39,430 bases of DNA. Source: Acidimicrobiia bacterium (GTDB taxonomy: Bacteria > Actinomycetota > Acidimicrobiia > Spongiisociales > JAHEDJ01). Below are positions 26,716 through 35,080 of the stretch, in pieces (the stretch's first letter is position 1; every line of letters begins with the position of its first letter). The stretch lies in assembly GCA_030598025.1 (NCBI GenBank), contig JAUVQS010000001.1, positions 1-39,430 of the forward strand. The letters are read 5' to 3'. The notes under the pieces are model-generated. The model searched no databases. It had not been told where the DNA came from and worked only from the letters and a program-made list of their open reading frames with translations. Position numbers and translations under genes: made by a program.

Positions 26716-27585
26716 ATGACGCAGACCATCGCCAAAGGCCCCGAGGAACTGGCGGATATCGCCCGTCGGGCACGCATCCAGATTCTCGACGCCGTCGCTC
26801 ACGCCAAAGGCGGACATGTGGGAGGCCCGTACTCGGCGGCCGACATGCTGGCCGCCCTGTACTTCGACATCCTGAACATCCGACCGGACGAACCTGACTG
26901 GCCCGAGCGGGATCGATTCGTTCTGTCCAAAGGACATAGCTCCATAGCCCTCTACACGATGCTGGCTTTGCGTGGCTACTTCCCGGTGGAGGAACTCCGC
27001 ACTTTCGACGCGATCAACTCCCGGCTCCAGGGGCACCCCGACGTGACCATTACCCCCGGCATCGACATGTCCTCCGGTTCGCTGGGCCTCGGGTTCTCCG
27101 GTGCTCTCGGCATGGCCCTCGGCGCCAAGGCGCAGGGCAAGGATTTCATGACATACGTCATGCTCGGTGACGGGGAGTGCAACGAGGGAGTCGTTTGGGA
27201 AGGAGCCCACGTCGGCGCTCGGTACGGTCTGGACAATCTGATCGCCATCATCGACCACAACAAACTCCAGCAGTTCGGGTGGAGAGGCGAGACCGTGGCC
27301 GAACGGATCACTCCCTATACCGACAACCAGCTTGCCGATCGGTGGCGAGCGTTCGGTTGGCACGTGCTGGAGGTCGATGGGCATGACATCGCTGCCTTTC
27401 TGACCACCATGGACGATGCCAAGGCCGTTGTCGGTAGCCCGGTAGCGGTCGTCGCTCACACCATCAAGGGCAAGGGCGTTTCCTACATGGAAGGCGACTA
27501 CACCTGGCACAGCAAGGTGCCGACCGATGAGCAGTTCGCCATAGCCATGCATGAGCTTGGGGCAGATAGCGGAGGCGAGCAATGA
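26716..27585 (+). CDS. Transketolase, N-terminal (thiamine-diphosphate-binding) subunit
   Basis: Motifs GGHVGGPYSAADMLAALYF, SKGHSSIALY, GSLGLGFS and GDGECNEGVVWE. Confidence 0.9.
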   Translation: MTQTIAKGPEELADIARRARIQILDAVAHAKGGHVGGPYSAADMLAALYFDILNIRPDEPDWPERDRFVLSKGHSSIALYTMLALRGYFPVEELRTFDAINSRLQGHPDVTITPGIDMSSGSLGLGFSGALGMALGAKAQGKDFMTYVMLGDGECNEGVVWEGAHVGARYGLDNLIAIIDHNKLQQFGWRGETVAERITPYTDNQLADRWRAFGWHVLEVDGHDIAAFLTTMDDAKAVVGSPVAVVAHTIKGKGVSYMEGDYTWHSKVPTDEQFAIAMHELGADSGGEQ

Positions 27586-28526
27586 GCACCCTCACCCCCG
27601 GCAAAGCTCTTCGAGTCGCATTCGGCGAGACAATCACCGAGCTGGCCAGAACGGACCTGAGGATCGTCGTGCTCGACGGAGATACCGGAAGTTCCACGCG
27701 CACCGACATCTTTGAGAACGAGCATCCCGACCGATTCTTCCAAATGGGCATCACCGAGCAAAACATGCTTGGAATGGCCGCAGGAATGGCCACGCTCGGC
27801 TTGATTCCGATCGTGAGCACGTTCTCATGCTTCATCGTCTCGAGAGCGCACGACTCCATCCGTGTTCTGATCGCCCAACCAAAGCTGAATGTCAAACTCA
27901 TGGGTGGATACGCAGGCCTGCTGGCCGGAATGACCGGCAAGACCCACCTGATGTTCGACGACGTCTCGATCATGCGCTCCATGGCCAACATGACGGTGGT
28001 TGCCCCGGCCGACGAGATCGAAACCCGACAAGCCCTGAAAGCGATCATCGACTACCCGGGTCCTGTCTATTTCAGGCTCACCCGGCCCAACTCCCCAATC
28101 ATCTTCGATGACGACTCCCGATTCGAAGTCGGCAAAGCTGTGGTGGTCCGCCAAGGTTCCGACGTCACGGTGTTCTCCTCTGGAACCCAAACAGCCCGCG
28201 CGTTTGAGGCAGCTGAGATCCTGGCCGGAGAGGGCATCGACGTGCACCTGGTTCACGTACCCACGATCAAACCCCTTGACGTCGAGGCAATCGTTGCCGA
28301 GGCCCGGAGAACCGGCCGTGTCGTGACCACAGAGGAACACACCATCGTCGGCGGGCTTGGCGGTGCTATCGCTGAAACGCTGGGTGAGCACGCTCCGCTA
28401 CCGATACGGCGTCACGGATTGCAGGACGTATTCGGCGAGTCGGGTCCCGACGACGCTCTCCTCGAGAAGTACGGCATCTCGCCGGAGAAGACGGCAGACG
28501 CGATCAGAGAATTCGTACAGAGTTGA
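27582..28526 (+). CDS. Transketolase, C-terminal (pyrimidine-binding plus C-terminal domain) subunit
   Basis: FFQMGITEQNMLGMAAGMA motif. ATGA overlap with the N-terminal subunit gene. Confidence 0.9.
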   Translation: MSTLTPGKALRVAFGETITELARTDLRIVVLDGDTGSSTRTDIFENEHPDRFFQMGITEQNMLGMAAGMATLGLIPIVSTFSCFIVSRAHDSIRVLIAQPKLNVKLMGGYAGLLAGMTGKTHLMFDDVSIMRSMANMTVVAPADEIETRQALKAIIDYPGPVYFRLTRPNSPIIFDDDSRFEVGKAVVVRQGSDVTVFSSGTQTARAFEAAEILAGEGIDVHLVHVPTIKPLDVEAIVAEARRTGRVVTTEEHTIVGGLGGAIAETLGEHAPLPIRRHGLQDVFGESGPDDALLEKYGISPEKTADAIREFVQS

Positions 28527-28561
28527 TGACCACCCCGGGCTAGAACCCGGAAAGGATTGAG

Positions 28562-29347
28562 ATGAGCCAGACTGACATGTTCCGACTGGATGGGAAGGTC
28601 GCCTTCATCCCGGGCGGCAGCGGCGGGATCGGATCCACGTTGGCGGCCGGCGTATGCGAGGCAGGCGCCAAGATAGCAGTGGTCGATCGCGACGGTGACG
28701 GACTGGAGCGAACCTGCAGCCTCATGCGAGAAGCAGGTTCGGAACCGCTGGCGATCGCGGCGGACCTCACAAAGAAGGAGGAGGCCGAGCGAGCGGTGGC
28801 CGAGACCATGGATCGCTTCGGCCGGCTCGACATCATTATCAACGCCATCGGAGGCGGGGCAGGCAAGGTGCTGTTCGAGGCCCAGGAGTACCCGGAACCC
28901 GAATGGGATTGGATCATGGACTTGAACCTGACGAGCACACTGCTCGCCAATCAGGCAGCCGTGAAGGCCATGATCCAGGGCGGACGAGGGGGCAAGGTAG
29001 TGAACATCTCCTCAGTCCGCGGTCAACTCGGCATCAATGCCGGGTACTCGGCATACGTTGCGGCCAAGGGAGCTATCAACTCGTTGACTCGCCAGTGGGC
29101 GACCGAGTGGGCCAAGCACGGCATCACCGTCAATGCGATCGCGCCTACTTTCGTGGACACCCCGCAGGTGGCCATGCTGCTCGACGACCCGGCCTTCAAA
29201 GCCGGAGTGGTAGGTCGCATTCCTTTGGGTCGAGTTGGTGAGACGAGCGATCTTCTTGGCCCTGTCTTGTTGTTCTGCTCCGAGGCGTCCGCATTCATTA
29301 CCGGGCAAATCCTCACCATCGACGGCGGACTAACCGCTACCCAGTAG
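28562..29347 (+). CDS. SDR family oxidoreductase (gluconate-5-dehydrogenase-like)
   Basis: Motifs GGSGGIGS (TGxxxGxG), NAIGG, and S...YxxxK (SAYVAAKGA). Confidence 0.88.
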   Translation: MSQTDMFRLDGKVAFIPGGSGGIGSTLAAGVCEAGAKIAVVDRDGDGLERTCSLMREAGSEPLAIAADLTKKEEAERAVAETMDRFGRLDIIINAIGGGAGKVLFEAQEYPEPEWDWIMDLNLTSTLLANQAAVKAMIQGGRGGKVVNISSVRGQLGINAGYSAYVAAKGAINSLTRQWATEWAKHGITVNAIAPTFVDTPQVAMLLDDPAFKAGVVGRIPLGRVGETSDLLGPVLLFCSEASAFITGQILTIDGGLTATQ

Positions 29348-29360
29348 CCAGGAGGCATTC

Positions 29361-30212
29361 ATGCAGAATGTGACACCCAACATCTTCACCGAGACCAAGG
29401 TTCGCGGTTGCAACCCGAGTTACGTCACCACCTCCGATGGGGTCGTAGTAATCGACACCCCGCAACTGCCCACGAAAGCCGTGCAGATGCGCAAGGATGC
29501 GGAGTCGCAGGGGCCGATTCGCTACCTGATCAACACAGAACATCATGTCGATCACATCTTCGGCAACTACTACTTCAAGGGCTCAGGGACAGTCGTCCAC
29601 CACCAGGGTGTATACGACAACTTCATGGTCGTCGGCCCTGAACTGGACCCGTTTGCATACGCGAAGGAAGCTCTTCCGACAGACGATCCTGACGGTGAGG
29701 CGATCTTTCCGGACCGCGACGAGTATTACGAAGATCCGAACAAAGGGCAGCTGGTTTTCAGCGGCGACTTGACCTTGCGAGTGGGTGGTCACACGTTTGA
29801 ACTCATCCACACGCCGGGCCACACTCCCGGTCAGGTGGCCGTGTACGTACCCGAAGAGCGGGCCGTATTCACCGGAGACACCATATTCAGCGAGTGCCAG
29901 ACTTGGCTGATGACTTCGAACGTCGATGAATGGCTGGCGGCTTTGGAAGTAATCCGCGAACTCGATGTTGACTACGTGGTCCCCGGTCATGGCCCGATCA
30001 CTACGAAGGAGTACCTGAGTGTTCAGCGCTCGATGCTGATGGAGTGGAAGACGGCTGTTGCCGTGGCGATCGCGAAGGGTTGGTCTCGCGAGGAAACTGT
30101 TGAACGAGTCCATTTCAAGGACCGCTACCCGGTCGACATTGGCCAGGAGTACATGATGGATTACATCAACGAGTACAACGCCGGGTCGCTCTACGACAAA
30201 CTGACCGCGTGA
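29361..30212 (+). CDS. MBL-fold metallo-hydrolase
   Basis: Motifs LINTEHHVDH (variant of HxHxDH), HTPGHTPG, TGDT and PGHG. Confidence 0.8.
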   Translation: MQNVTPNIFTETKVRGCNPSYVTTSDGVVVIDTPQLPTKAVQMRKDAESQGPIRYLINTEHHVDHIFGNYYFKGSGTVVHHQGVYDNFMVVGPELDPFAYAKEALPTDDPDGEAIFPDRDEYYEDPNKGQLVFSGDLTLRVGGHTFELIHTPGHTPGQVAVYVPEERAVFTGDTIFSECQTWLMTSNVDEWLAALEVIRELDVDYVVPGHGPITTKEYLSVQRSMLMEWKTAVAVAIAKGWSREETVERVHFKDRYPVDIGQEYMMDYINEYNAGSLYDKLTA

Positions 30213-30269
30213 CCCTGTCGTTCTAGCATGCGCTGCGGCCGTCTCCATCGCTCCCCCCGCGGGGTGATT

Positions 30270-30289
30270 TGTCGCGAGATGGTGCGACA
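30270..30289. promoter_or_regulatory. Inverted repeat TGTCGC-N8-GCGACA
   Basis: Perfect 6-bp arms, in the 227-bp spacer upstream of the MFS gene. Confidence 0.3.
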
Positions 30290-30403
30290 CCTGAAGATTC
30301 GGCTGTGCCGGGGTCGAGGTTTCCAGACCTGTCGGCACCCACTCCCCCCGCCGCTGGCGGTGGGAGAAACGCTGAAGTTGCCTGTCGTCCTGCCTACCGA
30401 ACG

Positions 30404-30428
30404 TGTCGCACAATCGCCAAATGCGACA
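30404..30428. promoter_or_regulatory. Inverted repeat TGTCGCA-N11-TGCGACA, 12 nt upstream of the MFS start
   Basis: Perfect 7-bp arms with the same half-site as 30270-30289. Could act as an operator or as a 5'-UTR hairpin. Confidence 0.3.
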
Positions 30429-30439
30429 GGGAATTCGGA

Positions 30440-31669
30440 ATGACCGGAGACGCCACGGCACCCAAGATCGCCGTCTCCTGGCGAGTTGTGGTCGTTGCAT
30501 GGGCCACTGATGCGGTCGCCATTCTCCCTGGTTTCATGACGGCCGGATTGGCAGTGCAAATCCGCGACGATATCGATTTGTCGCTCGCTGGACTCGGCGT
30601 TTCGCTCGGCTTGTTCTTTGCATCCGCCGCAGTCGTATCGGTTCCGATGGGTGCACTCGTCGAGCGCTGGGGATGGTCGAAGAGCCTTCGCCTCGCTGCA
30701 TCCCTGGCGGGCGCCTGTCTGCTCGGGGTTGGATGGTTGGCACAATCGGCGACCAGCCTCAACGTCCTGTTCGTGACAGCGGGCGTTGCCGTGGCGCTGG
30801 CACACCCCGCCGCCAATCTGGCAATAGCCCGTTGTGTTCCGCCAGGCCGTCACGGACTCTTCTTCGGCCTCAAGCATGCTGCGGTTCCCACTTCGACTCT
30901 GCTCGGCGGCCTGGCCGTTCCCGCAATCGCTCTCACCGTCGGTTGGCGGTGGGCGTTCTTCGGTAGTGCCAGCCTTGCGTTGGCCGTCGCCCTCGCAGTA
31001 CCGCGTGGGGAGGCTCGGCATGGGGTCAATCCGGTGCCGGCCTCGAACCAGACCGGGAGGAACCGGACGTCAACCGAACTTCGATTGCTGGTCATTCTCG
31101 CCATTGCGGTCGGCCTCGGTATCGCCGGAATCGACGCACTTGCATCCTTCATTGTCAGCTACTCGGTTGACATAGGCATCGCAGAAGGAACGGCAGGGTT
31201 GGTGCTGGCTGCGGGAAGCGTCATCGGGATCGTCACGCGGGTGGTTGCCGGATGGTTGATCGACCGAACCAGGGATTCGGACCTCACTGCAGTCGCGTTC
31301 ATGCTTCTGGCCGGGGCTATTGGAGTCGTTGCCCTCAATCTCGGCGCCAAGCCGGGACTCTTTCTCGGTGGCCTCGTAGCGTTCGCAGCCGGTTGGGGTT
31401 GGTCCGGTCTCTTCACATTTGCGGTGGTGAAGGACAACCCGGGCGCGCCGGCCGCCGCTACCAGTATCACCCAGGCAGGCAAACTCGTAGGGGCAGCTGC
31501 AGGCCCTGCCGCTTTCGGGTTGATGGCCGACAAACTGTCGTATGGAGTCGCCTGGTGGGCCACTACTGCTGCCCTCGCAGCTGCCGCGCTGATGATGCTC
31601 TATGTGAAGGGCCAACGATCGGCCGTTTCAGCACGGCCTCAGCCGACGCAGGCCGGGCCACATGAGTGA
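30440..31669 (+). CDS. MFS transporter
   Basis: Track ORF is 30269..31669 (TTG start). The first 57 residues are Arg/Cys/Pro-rich and non-membrane, so I prefer ATG 30440 (MTGDATAPKIAVSWRVVVVAWA...). About 12 TM segments. Confidence 0.8.
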   Translation: MTGDATAPKIAVSWRVVVVAWATDAVAILPGFMTAGLAVQIRDDIDLSLAGLGVSLGLFFASAAVVSVPMGALVERWGWSKSLRLAASLAGACLLGVGWLAQSATSLNVLFVTAGVAVALAHPAANLAIARCVPPGRHGLFFGLKHAAVPTSTLLGGLAVPAIALTVGWRWAFFGSASLALAVALAVPRGEARHGVNPVPASNQTGRNRTSTELRLLVILAIAVGLGIAGIDALASFIVSYSVDIGIAEGTAGLVLAAGSVIGIVTRVVAGWLIDRTRDSDLTAVAFMLLAGAIGVVALNLGAKPGLFLGGLVAFAAGWGWSGLFTFAVVKDNPGAPAAATSITQAGKLVGAAAGPAAFGLMADKLSYGVAWWATTAALAAAALMMLYVKGQRSAVSARPQPTQAGPHE

Positions 31670-32546
31670 TTATCACCTCCACCTTTATCCACACGCCCCT
31701 CGTGTTGGCGGACCGTTGCCCGGAGAAGATCCCGTGGACTTCATCGAGCGGTACGTTCTGGCAGCCGCCGAGCGTGGTGTCCGAGAACTGGGATTCACCG
31801 AGCACCTCTTTCGATGTATCGAATCGAAAGAGGTACTCGGACCCTTCTGGGAGGACGCACCAACTCCGGAGCTTCGCGATCAGACTCGCGAAGCGATCTT
31901 GAGGGATCGAACTCTCTCCCTCGAGGATTACCTCGGAACGATCAAACGGGCGAAGGAACGCGGACTCCCTGTCTTACTCGGCCTCGAGGTCGACTTCTCT
32001 CCGGAGTCCTACGGGCGGGTACTCGAGTTCCTCGATGGGTATGACTTCGATTTCCTGATCGGCTCAGTTCACTGGATTGATGGATGGATGTTCGACCGCT
32101 CGGCTGCGGTCCCCGAGATCAGGGCTCGCGGCGCCCGCCGGCTCTTCGAGGAGTACTTCGATGTCAAGACCCGGCTGGCCGCCAGGGGTGGCGTCGATGT
32201 CCTTGCTCACACCGATCGGTGCAAGACGATGGGAATAGTCCCCGACGAAGAGCCGCTGGACTTGTACGAATCGCTCGTGGAAGCTGCCTCGGGGTCGGGG
32301 CTCGCAATTGAGGTTTCGAGCGGCGGGTTGAGACAGGCCGTTGGGGAAATCTATCCCGCACCGACACTGCTCCGCCTCTTCCGCGAGGCCGGTGTTCCCA
32401 TCACACTGGCGAGCGATGCTCACTACCCCGAGCAGGCTGGATGGGGACACGATGAAGTCGTGGCCGCAGCGCGGGCGGCCGGATACACCGAATATCTCAG
32501 GTTCAAACAACGCCGCCGCACACGAATAGAACTCCCCGACAGGTAA
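31662..32546 (+). CDS. PHP-family histidinol-phosphatase-like hydrolase (HisJ/HisK type)
   Basis: N-terminal DYHLHL, with EHL, GLEVD, GSVHW, AHTD and SDAH metal-ligand motifs. 8-nt overlap with the MFS gene. Confidence 0.8.
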   Translation: MSDYHLHLYPHAPRVGGPLPGEDPVDFIERYVLAAAERGVRELGFTEHLFRCIESKEVLGPFWEDAPTPELRDQTREAILRDRTLSLEDYLGTIKRAKERGLPVLLGLEVDFSPESYGRVLEFLDGYDFDFLIGSVHWIDGWMFDRSAAVPEIRARGARRLFEEYFDVKTRLAARGGVDVLAHTDRCKTMGIVPDEEPLDLYESLVEAASGSGLAIEVSSGGLRQAVGEIYPAPTLLRLFREAGVPITLASDAHYPEQAGWGHDEVVAAARAAGYTEYLRFKQRRRTRIELPDR

Positions 32547-33129
32547 CCGAGACGAGTCTCGTTCGCAACCCACTGAACAGACCCCACCGGGCCGGGCTGA
32601 TCGGCGTTGCAGAAGCGCTACTCCGCCGCTTCCCCGGCTGCTGAAGCGTGACCGGTCTCCACCGCGGCGAGAAGCCGACCAAGCCTGGCATCGATCGCCG
32701 TGAGATCCGCTCGCCGACCATGGTGAAGTACGCGTCGTCATGTCCACGCGGATCCGGTATCTCGGCGCCGGTCGGATCGAGCATTTCCACCTGTTGAGCG
32801 GCAACCGGATCCATCACCTCCAGGTCGCGGACCTGGCTCGAATCCATGCAGTACACGACGCTCGCTTTCCGCACGAGCTCCGGAGAGGCCGGGGTCGACC
32901 GGTGCCCGGTCATATCGACACCCCAGCGAGCTGCCATCGCAATCCCGCGCGCCGAAGGTGCCCTCGATTCGGGAGCCCTCGTGCCGGCAGAGGACACCTG
33001 CACGTCGAGATCGGCGAGTTCCGCAACTCCAACACCCAGCCCCTCGGCAAGGCGGCTGCATAGAATCGCCTCCGCCAGCGGGGACCGACCGATGTTCCCG
33101 GTGCACAAGACCAGGATCGAGAAGGTCAC
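32503..33129 (-). CDS. Low-molecular-weight protein-tyrosine phosphatase; 3' part appears frameshifted (possible pseudogene or sequence error)
   Basis: P-loop LVLCTGNIGRSP (CX5R-S) and general-acid DP (IPDPRG). After about residue 141 the frame reads Arg/Ser/Pro-rich junk to 32503, while the -1 frame reads ADLTAIDARLGRLLAAVETGHASAAGEAAE* (stop 32618-32620). Confidence 0.75.
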   Translation of the reverse strand: MTFSILVLCTGNIGRSPLAEAILCSRLAEGLGVGVAELADLDVQVSSAGTRAPESRAPSARGIAMAARWGVDMTGHRSTPASPELVRKASVVYCMDSSQVRDLEVMDPVAAQQVEMLDPTGAEIPDPRGHDDAYFTMVGERISRRSMPGLVGFSPRWRPVTLQQPGKRRSSASATPISPARWGLFSGLRTRLVSVTCRGVLFVCGGVV

Positions 33130-34181
33130 GGCTCGACAATCACCTTCATGGCACAGTCACGACGTTGGTTGAATGTGTCGACTGCCTCGCTGAACTCCTC
33201 GAGTGGGAAATTATGGGTGATCAGCTCTCTCGCTCGAATCCGCCCGGCTGCAACGAGTGGGATCACGTGTCTCATTTCGCCGGCCGTGGCACGAACACCG
33301 ACCAGTTCCTTCTCGTACAGCACCAACTCCTGGAGATCGAGATCAACGCCCTCGGTTGGAATTCCCACCGCCGCGACCCTTCCTCCCTTGCGGAGGGCGG
33401 TAACCGACCACCGGAAGGTATCGGGAACGCCTGCGCAATCGAGGATCACATCGGCACCCAGGCCGCCGGTCTTTTCCATAATCATGTCAACCGGATTCCG
33501 GCCCTCGTAGTCGATCGTATCGAACCCCAGCCTGGCAGCGAGTTCCAGCCGATCGCAGTCGACGGTTGGTTTCCCGACGACGATCACGCGGCCTGCCCCG
33601 CGCACGAGAGCCGCGTCCGCGGCCAGCAGCCCGACCGGACCCGGTCCGAACACCACGACGGTGTCTCCCGGCCGCACTCCCCCACGATTGGCGGTGTGCA
33701 GTCCGATCGAGGCGGGATCAAGCACCGCCCCGGTTTGGAAGTCGATTTCGTCCGGCAGGTGGAAAACGGCCTTGACGCCGTGGACCACATACTCGGCGAA
33801 TGCTCCCTGGTAGTTGTGGCCGTATTGACGGTGCAGTCCCTCTTTGCCGTAGTTCTCACAGAGGTTGTATCGACCTTCGACGCACTTCTGACAGATGCCG
33901 CAAGCATCATGCGACGTTCCAGCAACCCGATCTCCTACCGACCAGCCCAGCTCCGCCGCGCCCTGGCCGAGGCCGACGATCTCACCCGCCCACTCGTGAC
34001 CCGGAACGAACGGGTAGCTCGGCGGCCAGAACCCCGGGTAGTCGCCCCGGAGTAAATGGGCGTCGGTTCCGCAGATGGTTGCCGCTCGAACCCGGGCGAG
34101 CACCTCGCGATACCCGGCTTCCGGCTGGTCGACCTCCTCGACGGAGAACACATTCGGCTCTGTTACAACGACTGCCCTCAT
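33126..34181 (-). CDS. Zinc-dependent alcohol/polyol dehydrogenase (MDR; threonine/sorbitol-dehydrogenase-like)
   Basis: Motifs GTDAHL, GHEWAGEIV, structural-Zn Cys cluster CGICQKCVEGRYNLC, and GPGPVGL. Confidence 0.88.
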   Translation of the reverse strand: MRAVVVTEPNVFSVEEVDQPEAGYREVLARVRAATICGTDAHLLRGDYPGFWPPSYPFVPGHEWAGEIVGLGQGAAELGWSVGDRVAGTSHDACGICQKCVEGRYNLCENYGKEGLHRQYGHNYQGAFAEYVVHGVKAVFHLPDEIDFQTGAVLDPASIGLHTANRGGVRPGDTVVVFGPGPVGLLAADAALVRGAGRVIVVGKPTVDCDRLELAARLGFDTIDYEGRNPVDMIMEKTGGLGADVILDCAGVPDTFRWSVTALRKGGRVAAVGIPTEGVDLDLQELVLYEKELVGVRATAGEMRHVIPLVAAGRIRARELITHNFPLEEFSEAVDTFNQRRDCAMKVIVEP

Positions 34182-34189
34182 AACCCCTC

Positions 34190-35080
34190 CTACACCATGG
34201 CCAGCGGGTCGATCATCGATCCGGTGGCTCCCCGAATCTTCACCGGCAACGCCACAAACAAGAATTCGTAGACCCGATCGCGGGCAATTTCTTCGAGATA
34301 GACGCTCTCCATCAGATAGATGCCGTTCTCAATTAGGAGCTTCGTGTGGACCGGCTGCGGATTCGCCGGAGTCCCCCGATCGGGCGCCGGCTGTACCTCG
34401 TAGGTTTCGGTATCCGTTCCCGTCGCCACCACTTCCCTCTCGAGCAGCCACTCGGCAGCCGAGATGTCCGGTCCGGCGGTCTTATGATGCGCCATCTTCT
34501 CGGCATTCGGCCAGAACGCCAGGTAGCCGGTCCGGATGAGAACAACGTCCCACGGGCGCACGTCGACTCCCTCCCAATCGGCGATGGCCTGCATCTCCCC
34601 TGCGTCTACCGGGGAGCCCGAAGGCAGGGCTTCCACGCCCCGGAATCCGGCAGCATCCAGCAGCACGCCGCGCGTGAAGAAGGACGGCAGCTTCTCCCCG
34701 TCTCCAACCGTCGGTCCTTTGTCGGTGAGGTGTTCTGCTGTGTTGCCGCCACCGTACCAATGGTTGTCTTCACCTACGGTCATATGGGCCAGTGCATCTA
34801 TGTGGGCACCGGAGTGAGATGTCGCCATCAAGTACTCGGCCATGTATCCGAGCCCGACCTCGTTGGGTGGTCCCCAAGGCTGCGCCCCTTCTGCCTTGAT
34901 ACCGGGTGGCGACCGGAAGTTGAGCACCTGAAAGGGCGGGTGCCCGGGAAACAGCGGCATGCCGGGGAATCGAGACGTAGCCAGCGAATATTGCCGGCCT
35001 TCCTTCACAAATCCCGCGGCTTCTACGACCTTCGCCGCCGGGATGTCCTTTATCGGCCCGACTTCGATGTACTCGCTCAT
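34190..35080 (-). CDS. Cyclase family protein (kynurenine-formamidase / isatin-hydrolase-like)
   Basis: HSGAHIDALAH matches the HxGxHxDxxxH motif of the putative cyclase family. 296 aa. Confidence 0.78.
   Translation of the reverse strand: MSEYIEVGPIKDIPAAKVVEAAGFVKEGRQYSLATSRFPGMPLFPGHPPFQVLNFRSPPGIKAEGAQPWGPPNEVGLGYMAEYLMATSHSGAHIDALAHMTVGEDNHWYGGGNTAEHLTDKGPTVGDGEKLPSFFTRGVLLDAAGFRGVEALPSGSPVDAGEMQAIADWEGVDVRPWDVVLIRTGYLAFWPNAEKMAHHKTAGPDISAAEWLLEREVVATGTDTETYEVQPAPDRGTPANPQPVHTKLLIENGIYLMESVYLEEIARDRVYEFLFVALPVKIRGATGSMIDPLAMV

Noticed and set aside
30228-30443. 71-aa ORF (MRCGRLHRSPRGVICREM...) in the MBL-MFS spacer as a small Cys-rich protein.
   Set aside because: It has no RBS, and its Arg/Cys/Pro-rich composition is typical of non-coding high-GC DNA. 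It overlaps the repeated TGTCG sites, which explain the sequence better as regulatory DNA.
32503-32617. The 3' extension of the LMW-PTP ORF as a genuine coding overlap with the convergent PHP gene.
   Set aside because: The extension is compositionally junk-like. It contains a small hairpin (CGAGAC-GA-GTCTCG, 32548-32561) right after the PHP stop. It also becomes unnecessary once the -1 frame C-terminus ending at 32618 is considered.
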